Notes under the pieces: generated by a model
What the model saw: only the letters and a program-made list of their open reading frames with translations
Told to the model about the DNA's origin: nothing
Database searches by the model: none
Shown: positions 1 to 9,127 of the stretch, piece by piece
Numbering within the stretch: position 1 is the first letter of the stretch
Layout of the letters: every line of letters begins with the position of its first letter
Source of the DNA: Pseudomonadota bacterium
GTDB lineage: Bacteria; Myxococcota_A; UBA796; SXON01
Assembly (NCBI GenBank): GCA_043750895.1
Contig: JAYVAS010000633.1
Location: 1-37,392, forward strand
DNA: 37,392 bases
Direction: 5' to 3'
Made by a program: the position numbers and the translations under genes

Positions 1-787
1 GCGGGGTGTCGGTCGGCACCCAGACCTGCGGCTCGCCGATGAAGACGTGATCGCGGGTGGTGTCCGCATCGGAGGTGCGCAGGGTGAGTCGGGCGCGCCG
101 GGCTTCGCCGAGCGGGATCTCGACCGGCCGGAAGCCGTCCAGGCGAGCCGCGTGGACCACTGCGCCGTCGAGGAGCACCTCCAGGGTGGCGCCGTCGCTC
201 ACGGTCCCGTCGGCCGCCTCCGGAGGGAGGATCCCGGCGTTGAACGAGAGGAGCGCGCCGTCGGGTACATCCAGGCTCCAGCTCACCGACGCCGGGGCGG
301 GCAGGTAGAGCCCGCGCCGACTGACGGTGTCCACCTGCGCCGAGCGCACGATGTCGGCCCAACCTGCGTCGGCGTCGAGGAAGAGGGCCGCTTCGCGTTT
401 GCCGGCGGCCGGCCACGAGAGGGTGTAGGTGTCGGCGCTGGGGGCGGGCGCGTCGGAGGCGATGCGCACGGTGACCCCGTGCGCGGTGTAGGCCCAGCTC
501 GCGGGCTTGCCCGAGTCGCCGCTGCCCGCGCCGTAGCGAAGCTTGTTGTTCCCCTTTCGGAGGATCATCCCGTCCGGAGCGGAGGAGAAGAAGAGGGCCC
601 GCGGTCGTACCGGGAGGGGCGCCTCGTAGCTGCGCACCCCGCCGTCCACCCCGACCAGGCGCCAGGGCCCGGAGATGGCGAGGCGTTCCTCTCCCGACGC
701 GGCTCCGCTCGGCAGTTCGAGCGCGTCAGGTACGACGTCGGCGAGGCCAAGGCCGCCCGCGAGGGCGACGCTGGTCCACCACCACAT
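1..787 (-). CDS. Exported protein, partial (runs off left edge); probably the N-terminal part of a sulfatase-like protein
   Basis: Not in the ORF track. I translated it from ATG at 787 (MWWWTSVALAGG...GLYLPAPASVSW...RLTLRT...DHVFIGEPQVWVPTDTP), open to position 1, with GC-rich third positions. The sulfatase guess rests on resemblance to N-terminal domains of myxobacterial sulfatases; the catalytic part would lie outside the window. Confidence 0.6.
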   Translation of the reverse strand, partial: MWWWTSVALAGGLGLADVVPDALELPSGAASGEERLAISGPWRLVGVDGGVRSYEAPLPVRPRALFFSSAPDGMILRKGNNKLRYGAGSGDSGKPASWAYTAHGVTVRIASDAPAPSADTYTLSWPAAGKREAALFLDADAGWADIVRSAQVDTVSRRGLYLPAPASVSWSLDVPDGALLSFNAGILPPEAADGTVSDGATLEVLLDGAVVHAARLDGFRPVEIPLGEARRARLTLRTSDADTTRDHVFIGEPQVWVPTDTP

Positions 788-808
788 CGTGTGTCCGACT
801 TCGCGCGG

Positions 809-2161
809 CTACTTGCGCCGACGGCTGATCGCCGCCGCCGCGAGGAGCAGCCCACCGACGACGCCCGCGGCGTTCACTGGCACGCTGGCGCAGCCGGAGC
901 CCTCGGCCCGACGGTCCTCGGCGTTCACGACCACGAAGCCGGCGTCGATGCCGCCCGGCCCGCCGACGTTCATGACGACGACGTAGGAGCCTTCAGCCGG
1001 GAACTCGATCTTGGGCGACCAGGCGCCAAGCTCGGTGCCGCCGTCCACGTCCCCGTTGAAGTCGACGAGGTTGGCCTCGCTGATGTCGGCCTCGCCGGAG
1101 CCCTTGTAGACCTGCCAGGTCACCATGTCCACGCAACCGTACACCGACAGGTCGGTGTAGTTGACCGTCTGGTAGGTGAGGCCTTCCGAGTGGCTGATGG
1201 TGAAGAAGCCATCGGCGCCCGCCTCGGGGACCGGCTGCTGGCACGCCACGATGTAGCCGAGCTCGCTGTAGCGGAAGACGGCTTCGCCGCAGGCCGGATC
1301 GGTCAGCGAGATGTCCACCGCGACCGTGAACTGGCCGGCGTCGGTGAAGGTGTGGCAGGGGGCCAGGTCGGTGCTGACCCCGCCGTCGCCGAAGTTCCAG
1401 CTCGCGGAGGAGACCGGCGTCTCGGAGGTGATGTCGAAGCAGACCTCGAGGGGAAGGCCGCCGTAGCGGTCCGTGGAGCCGGCGGTGTTGGGCGCCGTGG
1501 TGAACGTGGCGAACGGCCCGTAGAGGGCGGTGATCCCTTCGATGTCGTCGACGTTGAGGCTGGTCTGCGAGGTGTCGCAGGAGGAGACCGACCAGTACAT
1601 CGTGGCCTCGAGGAAATCGGCGTCGCTGCAGTTCTCCCCTTGCTCGCAGGAGTGGGCCATGCCCCAGGAGTGCCCGATCTCGTGGGTGGCGACGCCCTGG
1701 ACGTCGGTCTCCCCGGCGCAGTTGCCGGCGTCGATGTCGGCCTTCGTGCCCCAGTCGACGTTGTCGTTGAACACGATGTCCGCGTCGCCGAAGGCGGTGT
1801 AGGACTTCCCGTTCACGTCGGCCCGGTCGCTGGAGCCCACGGAGTAGCAGACCGCGAGCACGCCGACCTCGATCTCGTTGCTGGGGTCGTCCCAGAAGAA
1901 GATGGTCCGGCCGTCCGAGGTGGACCGGGTGCCGTAGTCGTCGATCTTCTGGAACTCGTCGCTGATGTCGGCACACTCGGCGGCGTGCCATGCGTCCCAG
2001 CCGGCCTGGACCTCGGTGAGCTGGGCGCCCTCGGGGAGGGAGTCCTCCACGTCGTCGTCCATGTACCATTCACGGGGTTGATCCGCGGGGAGCCAGACGA
2101 AGCCGGTGTGGTCCCAGGCGACCGCGGGAGCCGCGGTGAGGAGGATCAGGGTGGTAAGCAT
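809..2161 (-). CDS. Matrixin (M10-like) zinc metalloprotease with PKD domain and MYXO-CTERM-like anchor
   Basis: Signal peptide; HEIGHSWGMAH (HEXXHXXGXXH); Met-turn ATMY; PKD signature WNFGDG; C-terminus SGCASV, hydrophobic helix, RRRK. Confidence 0.85.
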   Translation of the reverse strand: MLTTLILLTAAPAVAWDHTGFVWLPADQPREWYMDDDVEDSLPEGAQLTEVQAGWDAWHAAECADISDEFQKIDDYGTRSTSDGRTIFFWDDPSNEIEVGVLAVCYSVGSSDRADVNGKSYTAFGDADIVFNDNVDWGTKADIDAGNCAGETDVQGVATHEIGHSWGMAHSCEQGENCSDADFLEATMYWSVSSCDTSQTSLNVDDIEGITALYGPFATFTTAPNTAGSTDRYGGLPLEVCFDITSETPVSSASWNFGDGGVSTDLAPCHTFTDAGQFTVAVDISLTDPACGEAVFRYSELGYIVACQQPVPEAGADGFFTISHSEGLTYQTVNYTDLSVYGCVDMVTWQVYKGSGEADISEANLVDFNGDVDGGTELGAWSPKIEFPAEGSYVVVMNVGGPGGIDAGFVVVNAEDRRAEGSGCASVPVNAAGVVGGLLLAAAAISRRRK

Positions 2162-2782
2162 CTACTTCACTCCCGTCTGGAGCTTGTTGATCGCCCGCAG
2201 GTGGTCCGGGTTGGCGCCGGGGATGGGTTGGCCGTCCCAGCCGAGGGCCGCCCGGGCGCGCACCTGGGCGACGAGGGAGTCCGCCGAGACCCGGGAGCCC
2301 AGCGCGGGGTGGGGGATGAAGCGGGCGTCGTACGTCTGGGCGTAGGGCACCGAGAAGTGCACCACCATGTCGGACCCGTCCGCCGGGTTGACCCGCACCG
2401 TGTACTTCCCGCCGTACATCGCGACGGTGCCGTACCGGCCCGGGCTCTTCTCCGAGACGAACAGGACCACCTCCTCCCCGACGGAGTAACGGGCGGCATG
2501 CGCGACTTCGGTGATGACATCCTCGTAGATCCCGCCTGCGGACTCGACCACGAGGCCGCCGGGTGCGGTGTTCTTGTAGGTTTCCTGGACATCCACCGCC
2601 GCCTTCGTCCACACGCGGCCGCCGGCGTCGAGCTCCGTCCAGACCTTTGTGACGGTGCCGCGCACCACGAAGTCCGCCGCGTCGGTCATCTGATCGACGG
2701 TCAGGCTGGCGAGAGAGGTGGCGTGGGCGGGCGCGACTGTCGCCAGACCGATGGCCAGTAGGAGAGAGGCGAGGGTGCGCAT
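2162..2782 (-). CDS. Secreted protein of the type that accompanies or is fused to matrixins
   Basis: Start moved to ATG 2782 (GAGG RBS, signal MRTLASLLLAIGLATVAPAHA). Motif L-x-x-x-x-x-x-AD-x-VVRGTV...GEEVVLF. Its stop abuts the matrixin start. Confidence 0.75.
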   Translation of the reverse strand: MRTLASLLLAIGLATVAPAHATSLASLTVDQMTDAADFVVRGTVTKVWTELDAGGRVWTKAAVDVQETYKNTAPGGLVVESAGGIYEDVITEVAHAARYSVGEEVVLFVSEKSPGRYGTVAMYGGKYTVRVNPADGSDMVVHFSVPYAQTYDARFIPHPALGSRVSADSLVAQVRARAALGWDGQPIPGANPDHLRAINKLQTGVK

Positions 2783-2811
2783 CAAAACCTCGGGGATGAA
2801 CTGAGCGGGGG

Positions 2812-2841
2812 ACGTTACCCGCCCGGAGTGGTTCACGTCAA
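2812..2841 (-). promoter_or_regulatory. Putative sigma70 promoter for the protease operon
   Basis: TTGACG-N18-TAACGT on the minus strand, upstream of ATG 2782. Confidence 0.5.
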
Positions 2842-2879
2842 GGGTCCCTCCGGGTTCGTGGAGGTATCTAAAAACCAAA

Positions 2880-2908
2880 TTGACTTCCGTGCGTGGCTCC
2901 AGTATGCG
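2880..2908 (+). promoter_or_regulatory. Putative sigma70 promoter for the TonB-dependent receptor operon
   Basis: TTGACT-N17-TATGCG, preceded by an A-rich UP-like tract (tatctaaaaaccaaa). Confidence 0.5.
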
Positions 2909-2978
2909 TTGCCGTTCTGAATTGCCCTCAACCCCGCCGTCCCCGCTGCAGCCAGGACCTTCTCGTAGGAATCCGCGC

Positions 2979-5720
2979 ATGAAGAGGCTTCGCACCTTGA
3001 CGATTTGCCTGGTCGGCATTCTCGTCGCCTTCCTCGCCCTCCCGGGCACCGCATTCGCTTCGGCGACGTCGGGCCAGATCAAGGGGCAGGTTGTCGACGA
3101 CAGCGGCCTCGCGATCCCGGACGCCCTGCTCACGTTGAGTTCTCCGTCGCTCATCGGCGGGTCGCAACAGCGTACGTCGGACTCGGACGGCGTGTTCGCC
3201 TTCGCCGAGCTCCCGCCGGGCCAGGACTACCGTCTTCTCTCGCAGAAGCCCGGCTTCGGCGCTGTCACCAAGGAGAACATCCAGGTGGCGCTCGGCCGTA
3301 CCACCACGGTCACGGTCGAGATGAAGTACGGCGGTGAGACCGTCGTCATCGAGGAGCAGAAGAAGACGATCGACACCGAGTCGGCGTCCCGCGGCAGCAC
3401 GCTGACCAAGGACTTCCTCTCCCGCATCCCCTCTGGTCGTTCGTACCAGGGCGTCGTCGGCCAGACGGCGGGCGTCATCGGCGGCAGCAATCCGAACTCG
3501 GGTGGCGCGGCGTCCAACGAAAACACGTTCATGCTCGACGGCGTCAACATCACCGACCCCGTCACCGGCACCTTCTCGTTGAACTTCAACTTCGACGCGA
3601 TCGAAGAGATCCAGGTCATCACCGGCGGGTACGACCCCGAGTACGGCGAGAGCCTCGGGGCTGTCGTGTCGGTCGTCACGAAGTCGGGCGGCAACACGCT
3701 CGAGGTCGTGATCAGTGGCTACTACTCGAACTTGAACTGGGGTCCCAAGATGGACTCCCGGTACGCGTCAGACGCCTACGAGATCGCGCCCACGGGCTTC
3801 GACAGCACCGGGCAGTCCACCCAGATCGGCATGGTCATCTCCGGCCCGCTGCTCAAGGACCGCGTCTGGTTCCTCGGTTCGTACGAGTACAACAAGGGTC
3901 TGTACTCCAACATCGGGGTCACGATCCCCTACGACATCGACAACCACAGCTTCTTCGGCAAGCTGACGGCGCAGCCGACCTCGGCGCACCGGTTCACCTG
4001 GCAGCTGCAGTCGGACCCCGGCACGTTCGACAACATCTCCCAGTACCCCACGGCGTACCCGGACTCGCAGGGCCGGCAGGCGCAGGGTGGCTACACCAGC
4101 TCGCTGAAGTGGAACTGGTTCATCAACCCCGAGGCCAACCTCGAGACCATCGTCTCCTACCAGAAGTCGTTCATCGAGCAGGCCACGGTGCCCTGCACCC
4201 ACGACAAGACCACTGGCTACAACCCGTGCCAGCCGGACGAGCCGGAGAACTACACCGACTTCTACACCCCCGGTCGTGTCGGTCTCTACGGCGCGTATGA
4301 CGACGACAACTACGGCTCCTACTACTTCGACGACCGCTTCCGGTACTTCGCGGAGACGAAGCTCTCCCTCCTCCAGGTGGACTTCCTCGGGAAGCACGAC
4401 TTCAAGGCCGGCATCGAGGGCAACTACCTCGTGTGGGACCAGGTCCAGGGGTACAACGGCAACCTGCTGTACTTCGACCTCTACCTGAACCCCTTCGACC
4501 CCAACACCCTCCAGAACTTCTACTGGGTCGAGTACAGCGGCGCCTACCAGTACAAGGCCACCGGCTACCACGTCGGCGCCTTCGTGCAGGACGTCTGGAA
4601 GCCCATCCAGAACCTGACCTTCCGCTACGGCGTCCGGTACGACCGCGCGGTGCAGCGGAACGACGGTGGCGAGCCCATCATCGACGTCGGGATCTTCGGC
4701 CCCCGCGCGTACGCCGTGTGGGACCCGTGGAACAACGAGAAGACGAAGATCTACGGCGGGTACGGCCGGTTCAACGACTCCGGTCGTCTGTCCGTGGCCA
4801 GCTACCTCTCCCAGTCGGGCCTCGGCGCCAAGATCTTCTACGGTGAGTACCTCGGTAACTACACGTCGGACGCGGTGTACAACACCGGCGACTACACCAC
4901 CGAGAACACGACCCAGATCTGGGACAACACCACCGTGCCGCACTCCGACGAGTTCAGCATCGGCGCCCAGCGCGAGATCCTCGCCGACATCGCGGCGGGC
5001 GTGGAGTTCACCGGGAAGTTCACGCGCAACGTGTACGTCCTCGACGAGACCAACCTCCTCTACGACGAGGACGGCTACTCCATCGTGGGCTCCGGCAACG
5101 GCACCCTCGACGCGTACTTCCGGCTCCGCACCCCGGCGATCGCGCTCCGCGACTACTACCAGACGGACATCTCGCTCCAGCGGCAGTTCGCCAAGCGCTG
5201 GCTGATGCTGACCACGTACTCCTACGTGGTGAGCCGCGGCCGGGTACAGAACAGTCTGACGTCGGCGGCCCTCGCCAACCCGGCCCAGATCGACCTGTAC
5301 TACGGCAACCTGGGCACCGACGTGCGGCACCAGGTCAAGCTGTCGGCGGCGTGGGACCTCCCGGACGATCCGTGGACCACCAAGGTCGGCGTCAGCGGGT
5401 ACTACTTCTCGGGCTCCCCGTACAGCCGCTACTACTACTCCCCCGGTGGTGGCCTGACGGTGTCCGACTACTCGCTCCTCAAGGAGCGCCTCGGGACCTA
5501 CGCCCGGTCGAGCCCCTACTGGCAGCTCAGCGTGCTGGCCCAGCAGGAGATCCCCGTGCGCAAGGGCAAGCTCGCGGCGACCCTCCAGGTCGACAACATC
5601 ACCAACAACCGGTACCCGGTCAGCACCTCGTCCGGGTACATCAGCCAGCAGAATCGGTACGTGGTCTTCTATCGCCAGGACCCGATCTCGTTCCAGCTCG
5701 GCGCGAAGTACGAGTTCTAG
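2979..5720 (+). CDS. Oar-like TonB-dependent outer-membrane receptor with N-terminal carboxypeptidase-regulatory-like domain
   Basis: ATG 2979 after AGGA; signal MKRLRTL...AFA; GQIKGQVVDDSG domain; plug motif ENTFMLDGVNITD...DAIEEIQVITGGYDPEYG...VVTKSG; C-terminal FQLGAKYEF. Confidence 0.9.
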   Translation: MKRLRTLTICLVGILVAFLALPGTAFASATSGQIKGQVVDDSGLAIPDALLTLSSPSLIGGSQQRTSDSDGVFAFAELPPGQDYRLLSQKPGFGAVTKENIQVALGRTTTVTVEMKYGGETVVIEEQKKTIDTESASRGSTLTKDFLSRIPSGRSYQGVVGQTAGVIGGSNPNSGGAASNENTFMLDGVNITDPVTGTFSLNFNFDAIEEIQVITGGYDPEYGESLGAVVSVVTKSGGNTLEVVISGYYSNLNWGPKMDSRYASDAYEIAPTGFDSTGQSTQIGMVISGPLLKDRVWFLGSYEYNKGLYSNIGVTIPYDIDNHSFFGKLTAQPTSAHRFTWQLQSDPGTFDNISQYPTAYPDSQGRQAQGGYTSSLKWNWFINPEANLETIVSYQKSFIEQATVPCTHDKTTGYNPCQPDEPENYTDFYTPGRVGLYGAYDDDNYGSYYFDDRFRYFAETKLSLLQVDFLGKHDFKAGIEGNYLVWDQVQGYNGNLLYFDLYLNPFDPNTLQNFYWVEYSGAYQYKATGYHVGAFVQDVWKPIQNLTFRYGVRYDRAVQRNDGGEPIIDVGIFGPRAYAVWDPWNNEKTKIYGGYGRFNDSGRLSVASYLSQSGLGAKIFYGEYLGNYTSDAVYNTGDYTTENTTQIWDNTTVPHSDEFSIGAQREILADIAAGVEFTGKFTRNVYVLDETNLLYDEDGYSIVGSGNGTLDAYFRLRTPAIALRDYYQTDISLQRQFAKRWLMLTTYSYVVSRGRVQNSLTSAALANPAQIDLYYGNLGTDVRHQVKLSAAWDLPDDPWTTKVGVSGYYFSGSPYSRYYYSPGGGLTVSDYSLLKERLGTYARSSPYWQLSVLAQQEIPVRKGKLAATLQVDNITNNRYPVSTSSGYISQQNRYVVFYRQDPISFQLGAKYEF

Positions 5721-5728
5721 GAGACACC

Positions 5729-6589
5729 ATGCACGGACTCATGCTCTTCACGTTCCTGGCAGGGTGCTACCAGGAGAACCTCGCGCAGATCGACATCCCC
5801 GGCAAGGTGGTGTTGCCCAAGGCCGCGGCGACCCGCACCGTCCCGGTGGTGGACGACGCGGGGAACGTCACCGGAACGACCGAGATCACCGACGTCCGCT
5901 TGCTCGGGCCGGTGTACCTCGGTGCGTACTCGGGGATCGACCTGGACTCGTTCACCTACCCGTACCCGTCGATGGGTCCGGTCATCGGTGGTGAGCCGGG
6001 CAACGCGTTCCCCTACGGCGCGACGACCATCGGACGCTTCGACTACGCCTGCTACGCCTTCCTGGCGTGTAAGGTCACCACGGGGCGCTTCGAGGACTAC
6101 AACGCCATCATCGACTACTTCAACAACGTGATGGCCACGCCGCTCCTCGACGACCACGGCAATCCCGTGGGGTCGGGCAGCGAGTTCCAGCAGCGCTGCT
6201 ACGACTACTACAACTACACCTCCGACAAGGAGATGTCGTTCCTCGGGGACCTCGACTTCGTCGAGGTCGGGGACAACTACGAAGCGCCCTTCCTCATGCC
6301 CCGCACGACCTTCGTCGAGGGCATGACGCTCTGGGGCTTCATGGACGCTCCCACCGTGGATCCGATCAGCCCGTTGAACAACGGCGTCATGGCCTCCTGC
6401 GATGTCGACGGCGGCCGCCTGTTCACGGAGTACGACCAGCAGTACCGGGAGGGCGCGCCCTACACCGACGTGGCCAACGTGCCCAGCTACTACATCCGGG
6501 TCGAAGACTGGGTGGCGGACGGGACGACGGTCATGACGTCCCCCGACGACGAGCCGACGATCAATCTCACCGTGTCCCTGGCGGAGTAG
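5729..6589 (+). CDS. Lipoprotein of unknown function (receptor operon)
   Basis: AGGAG RBS; MHGLMLFTFLAG-C lipobox; acidic, Tyr-rich; 8 bp after the receptor stop. Confidence 0.8.
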   Translation: MHGLMLFTFLAGCYQENLAQIDIPGKVVLPKAAATRTVPVVDDAGNVTGTTEITDVRLLGPVYLGAYSGIDLDSFTYPYPSMGPVIGGEPGNAFPYGATTIGRFDYACYAFLACKVTTGRFEDYNAIIDYFNNVMATPLLDDHGNPVGSGSEFQQRCYDYYNYTSDKEMSFLGDLDFVEVGDNYEAPFLMPRTTFVEGMTLWGFMDAPTVDPISPLNNGVMASCDVDGGRLFTEYDQQYREGAPYTDVANVPSYYIRVEDWVADGTTVMTSPDDEPTINLTVSLAE

Positions 6590-6592
6590 ACC

Positions 6593-7456
6593 ATGCGCAA
6601 CAGCCTCTTGCTCCTGACCCTCGCCGGGCTCGTCGGTTGCGACTCCACCGGTCGCGGATTCCGCCCCAAGGTCACCGATGTCCCGTCCATTCAGGACCTC
6701 GGCGAGCTGCCCGTCATCCCCACCGACGAAGTTCCGTCAGAGGGCATCTTCCCGGGGGACCTCGAAGGGCAGATCGTCTACGGCCAGCTCGGCGCCGACC
6801 CGGACCCGTCGGTCACCGGCGGTGCCACGTTCAGCTTCACCGGCACCGGCGGCGACGTCTGCGTCGTCCTGGACCCCGAGGCGGTCTACTGGACGCGCGC
6901 GTTGCAGTCCGCCGAGCTCAACGCCAGCGGCTTCCTCTACGACGACAACGTCCGGGACGACGCCGACCTCGATCTCGAGGGCGGGTTGACCGCCTACTAC
7001 AACGGGTCCCCCGGCGTGGAGATCGGCGATTTCGACGCCATCTACACCGACGATGCGGGCCAGGATCACGAGATCCAGTTCAACGAGTGCCAGCAGTACG
7101 GGTACAGCAACCTTCCCAACGTGCACTCCGGTCGGGGAACGCCCGAGTGGTGCACCATCGACACCGATCAGCGCGCCGGCGTCTCGTTCACCATCGTGGT
7201 CAAGACCTTCTCGCTGCCGGTCGAGGACAGCATCGCCGACTTCGCGGTGGGCGTGTTCGAGGGCAACTGCGACAGCGCCCAGATCGGTCCGGACGAGTGC
7301 TGGTTCAACAACGAGTACGATCTGGGCAACAGCTCCGACTACTTCTTGGGAATCGAAGAGGCCTACTGCAAGCGCGGGGCCGAGAAGGTGAACGAGTACT
7401 GTGCGGAGCACCTCGACGACGAGAACCCGCCCTGCTTCGAGCACGTCGACGGGTAG
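6593..7456 (+). CDS. Cys-rich acidic lipoprotein of unknown function
   Basis: GGAG RBS; MRNSLLLLTLAGLVG-C lipobox; several Cys clustered near the C-terminus. Confidence 0.8.
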   Translation: MRNSLLLLTLAGLVGCDSTGRGFRPKVTDVPSIQDLGELPVIPTDEVPSEGIFPGDLEGQIVYGQLGADPDPSVTGGATFSFTGTGGDVCVVLDPEAVYWTRALQSAELNASGFLYDDNVRDDADLDLEGGLTAYYNGSPGVEIGDFDAIYTDDAGQDHEIQFNECQQYGYSNLPNVHSGRGTPEWCTIDTDQRAGVSFTIVVKTFSLPVEDSIADFAVGVFEGNCDSAQIGPDECWFNNEYDLGNSSDYFLGIEEAYCKRGAEKVNEYCAEHLDDENPPCFEHVDG

Positions 7457-7458
7457 GC

Positions 7459-7504
7459 ATGGGCGTCACCGCGCGCGCGTGTGCGACGCGCGTGGGGACG
7501 TCAT
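7459..7504. terminator. Imperfect GC-rich hairpin between convergent genes
   Basis: cgtcaccgcgcgcg ... cgcgcgtggggacg inverted arms; no U-tract. Confidence 0.3.
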
Positions 7505-7541
7505 CCGGGGTGTCCGTGGTGAGGGCGCCCGCCCTCGTCCG

Positions 7542-9113
7542 TCACTGCTGCCGGGGGCCGACGGTGGTGTCGCGCACGACGCCGGCGCCGCCGAAGGTCC
7601 GTAGGTACACTTCCTCGCCGTACGCCCAGAGGGTGCCTCCGGCGCCCTTGAGCGTCGAGGTCACGCCGCCCTGCGCCCCGTAGGTGAGGTCGGCGCCGCT
7701 ACGGGTCAGCACGTAGAAGGGCCCGTAGCCGTTGGGGAGCAGGTCGACGATTTCGCCGGGGAACGGCCAGGGACGCTCGCCGCTGTCGGCGAGCACGTCG
7801 CCGGAGAGGTCGGTGAACAGCGCGCGGTGGGTGGCGACGCCATCGCTGACGCGGGTGAACACGCTGAGCATGGACAGGCCGCCCGGCTTGTTGCCGGAGT
7901 CCGGCAAGACATCGAACGCGAGGCGGCGCGGGGTCCAGCCGCTCTCGGGCTTCCACACGCGGCGTGCGGCGGGCGGGAGCTCGGCGGCGGTGGTGGCGTC
8001 GATGCGGTAGAGGTCGATGCCGTCGCCGGTGGAGACGGCGAGCACGAGCCCCGAGCCTGCGTCCACCGCCGTCGCCGTGAGGGTGGGCTTGCGGGGGTAG
8101 ACGGCGACCTGGCGGGCCAACTGCTGACCGCGGGCGCTCACGCACCAGGCGCGCAGGGTGCCGCCGGTTCCGGTGGGGTTGGGGATCCAGACCGGCACCA
8201 CCAGCCCGCCCTGGGCGTCGACGGCGCCGCGGTCGAGCAGCTCGACCTTGGGGTAGGGAAGGCTGTAGGAGCGGACCGGACCGTCGAGGCGCGTCACTTC
8301 GAGGAGGCCCACGGAGAGGGTGTTGTCGTTCGACAGCCAGTAGACCGGGCGTGACTGCGCGTCCGTGGGGCGGGAGCGGGCGAGGATGGGCTCCACCCGG
8401 GAGGCGAGCGAGGTGAGCGCGTACTGCGCCACCACCCGCTTGGGGGCCTTGCCGTCGAAGCTCATGAGGAACAGGTCGAAGCCGGTCGCCGATTGGTTGA
8501 GCCACGGGAACATCGTGCCGACGTTGGTGGCGATGGCCGGCTCCCACACCGGCGAGCCAGCCACGGGCGTCGCGGCGGCGAGCACCGCCTTCCGTTCGGG
8601 GAGCGCGACGGTACCTGCCGGATCCACCACCGAAATCTGGATGCGGTAGACGCCGGCGGCCCACGCCGCGGACGAGGGGACCTCCAGCAGCACCCGCTGG
8701 GACGATCCGGGCGGGATGGTCCACGTCGCCGTCGGCTCCACGTCCGGCGGGGTGGTGTGCCGTTCGCTCTTCCCCTTGGGGCCGACCGTCGTGAAATGCA
8801 CGAGGTGCGTTCGGGCCGCCAGGTTGGGGAAGGTCTGGACGGTCGCGGTGGTGTTGGTGACCGTCACGTTCACCAGGACCGGGAACCCGGCGAGGTAGCT
8901 CGGGCGCAGGTCCGCCGAAACCGAGACGCCGGCGGCGTTCTTCGCCTCGGCGCTGGTCGACGCGGCGGCGGGCGCGGCCTGCGTGGCGGCGGGGGCCGGG
9001 GTGGCGGGCGGAACCGGCGTGGTGGCCGGAGCCGACGTCGTGGCGGGAGCCGCGCCGGGCGCGGCCTGGGCGAACGGAGCGAAGGAGAGCAGGGCAAGGG
9101 CGAGGAGAAGCAT
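7542..9113 (-). CDS. Secreted protein of unknown function with Ala/Pro/Thr linker and beta-rich domains
   Basis: Start moved to ATG 9113 (MLLLALALLSFAPFAQAA); low-complexity APT linker, then an Ig-like segment (PVLVNVTVTN...GVYRIQ). Confidence 0.7.
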   Translation of the reverse strand: MLLLALALLSFAPFAQAAPGAAPATTSAPATTPVPPATPAPAATQAAPAAASTSAEAKNAAGVSVSADLRPSYLAGFPVLVNVTVTNTTATVQTFPNLAARTHLVHFTTVGPKGKSERHTTPPDVEPTATWTIPPGSSQRVLLEVPSSAAWAAGVYRIQISVVDPAGTVALPERKAVLAAATPVAGSPVWEPAIATNVGTMFPWLNQSATGFDLFLMSFDGKAPKRVVAQYALTSLASRVEPILARSRPTDAQSRPVYWLSNDNTLSVGLLEVTRLDGPVRSYSLPYPKVELLDRGAVDAQGGLVVPVWIPNPTGTGGTLRAWCVSARGQQLARQVAVYPRKPTLTATAVDAGSGLVLAVSTGDGIDLYRIDATTAAELPPAARRVWKPESGWTPRRLAFDVLPDSGNKPGGLSMLSVFTRVSDGVATHRALFTDLSGDVLADSGERPWPFPGEIVDLLPNGYGPFYVLTRSGADLTYGAQGGVTSTLKGAGGTLWAYGEEVYLRTFGGAGVVRDTTVGPRQQ

Positions 9114-9127
9114 CGAGGGGCAATATG

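Noticed and set aside
2159-2164. Stop-codon readthrough or pyrrolysine at in-frame TAG junctions (also 6587-6595)
   Set aside because: The downstream genes have their own start and signal peptide; simple translational coupling is sufficient.
47-2761. 904-aa plus-strand ORF
   Set aside because: Antisense shadow of three motif-supported minus-strand genes; long stop-free shadows are expected at this GC content.
2880-2978. Longer N-terminus for the receptor, and similar extensions at 3154, 5351, 9635, 12822, 16647, 17226, 18056, 19998, 22016 and 33950
   Set aside because: These extensions overlap neighbouring genes or promoters; the downstream starts have an RBS, a signal peptide or family-typical N-termini.
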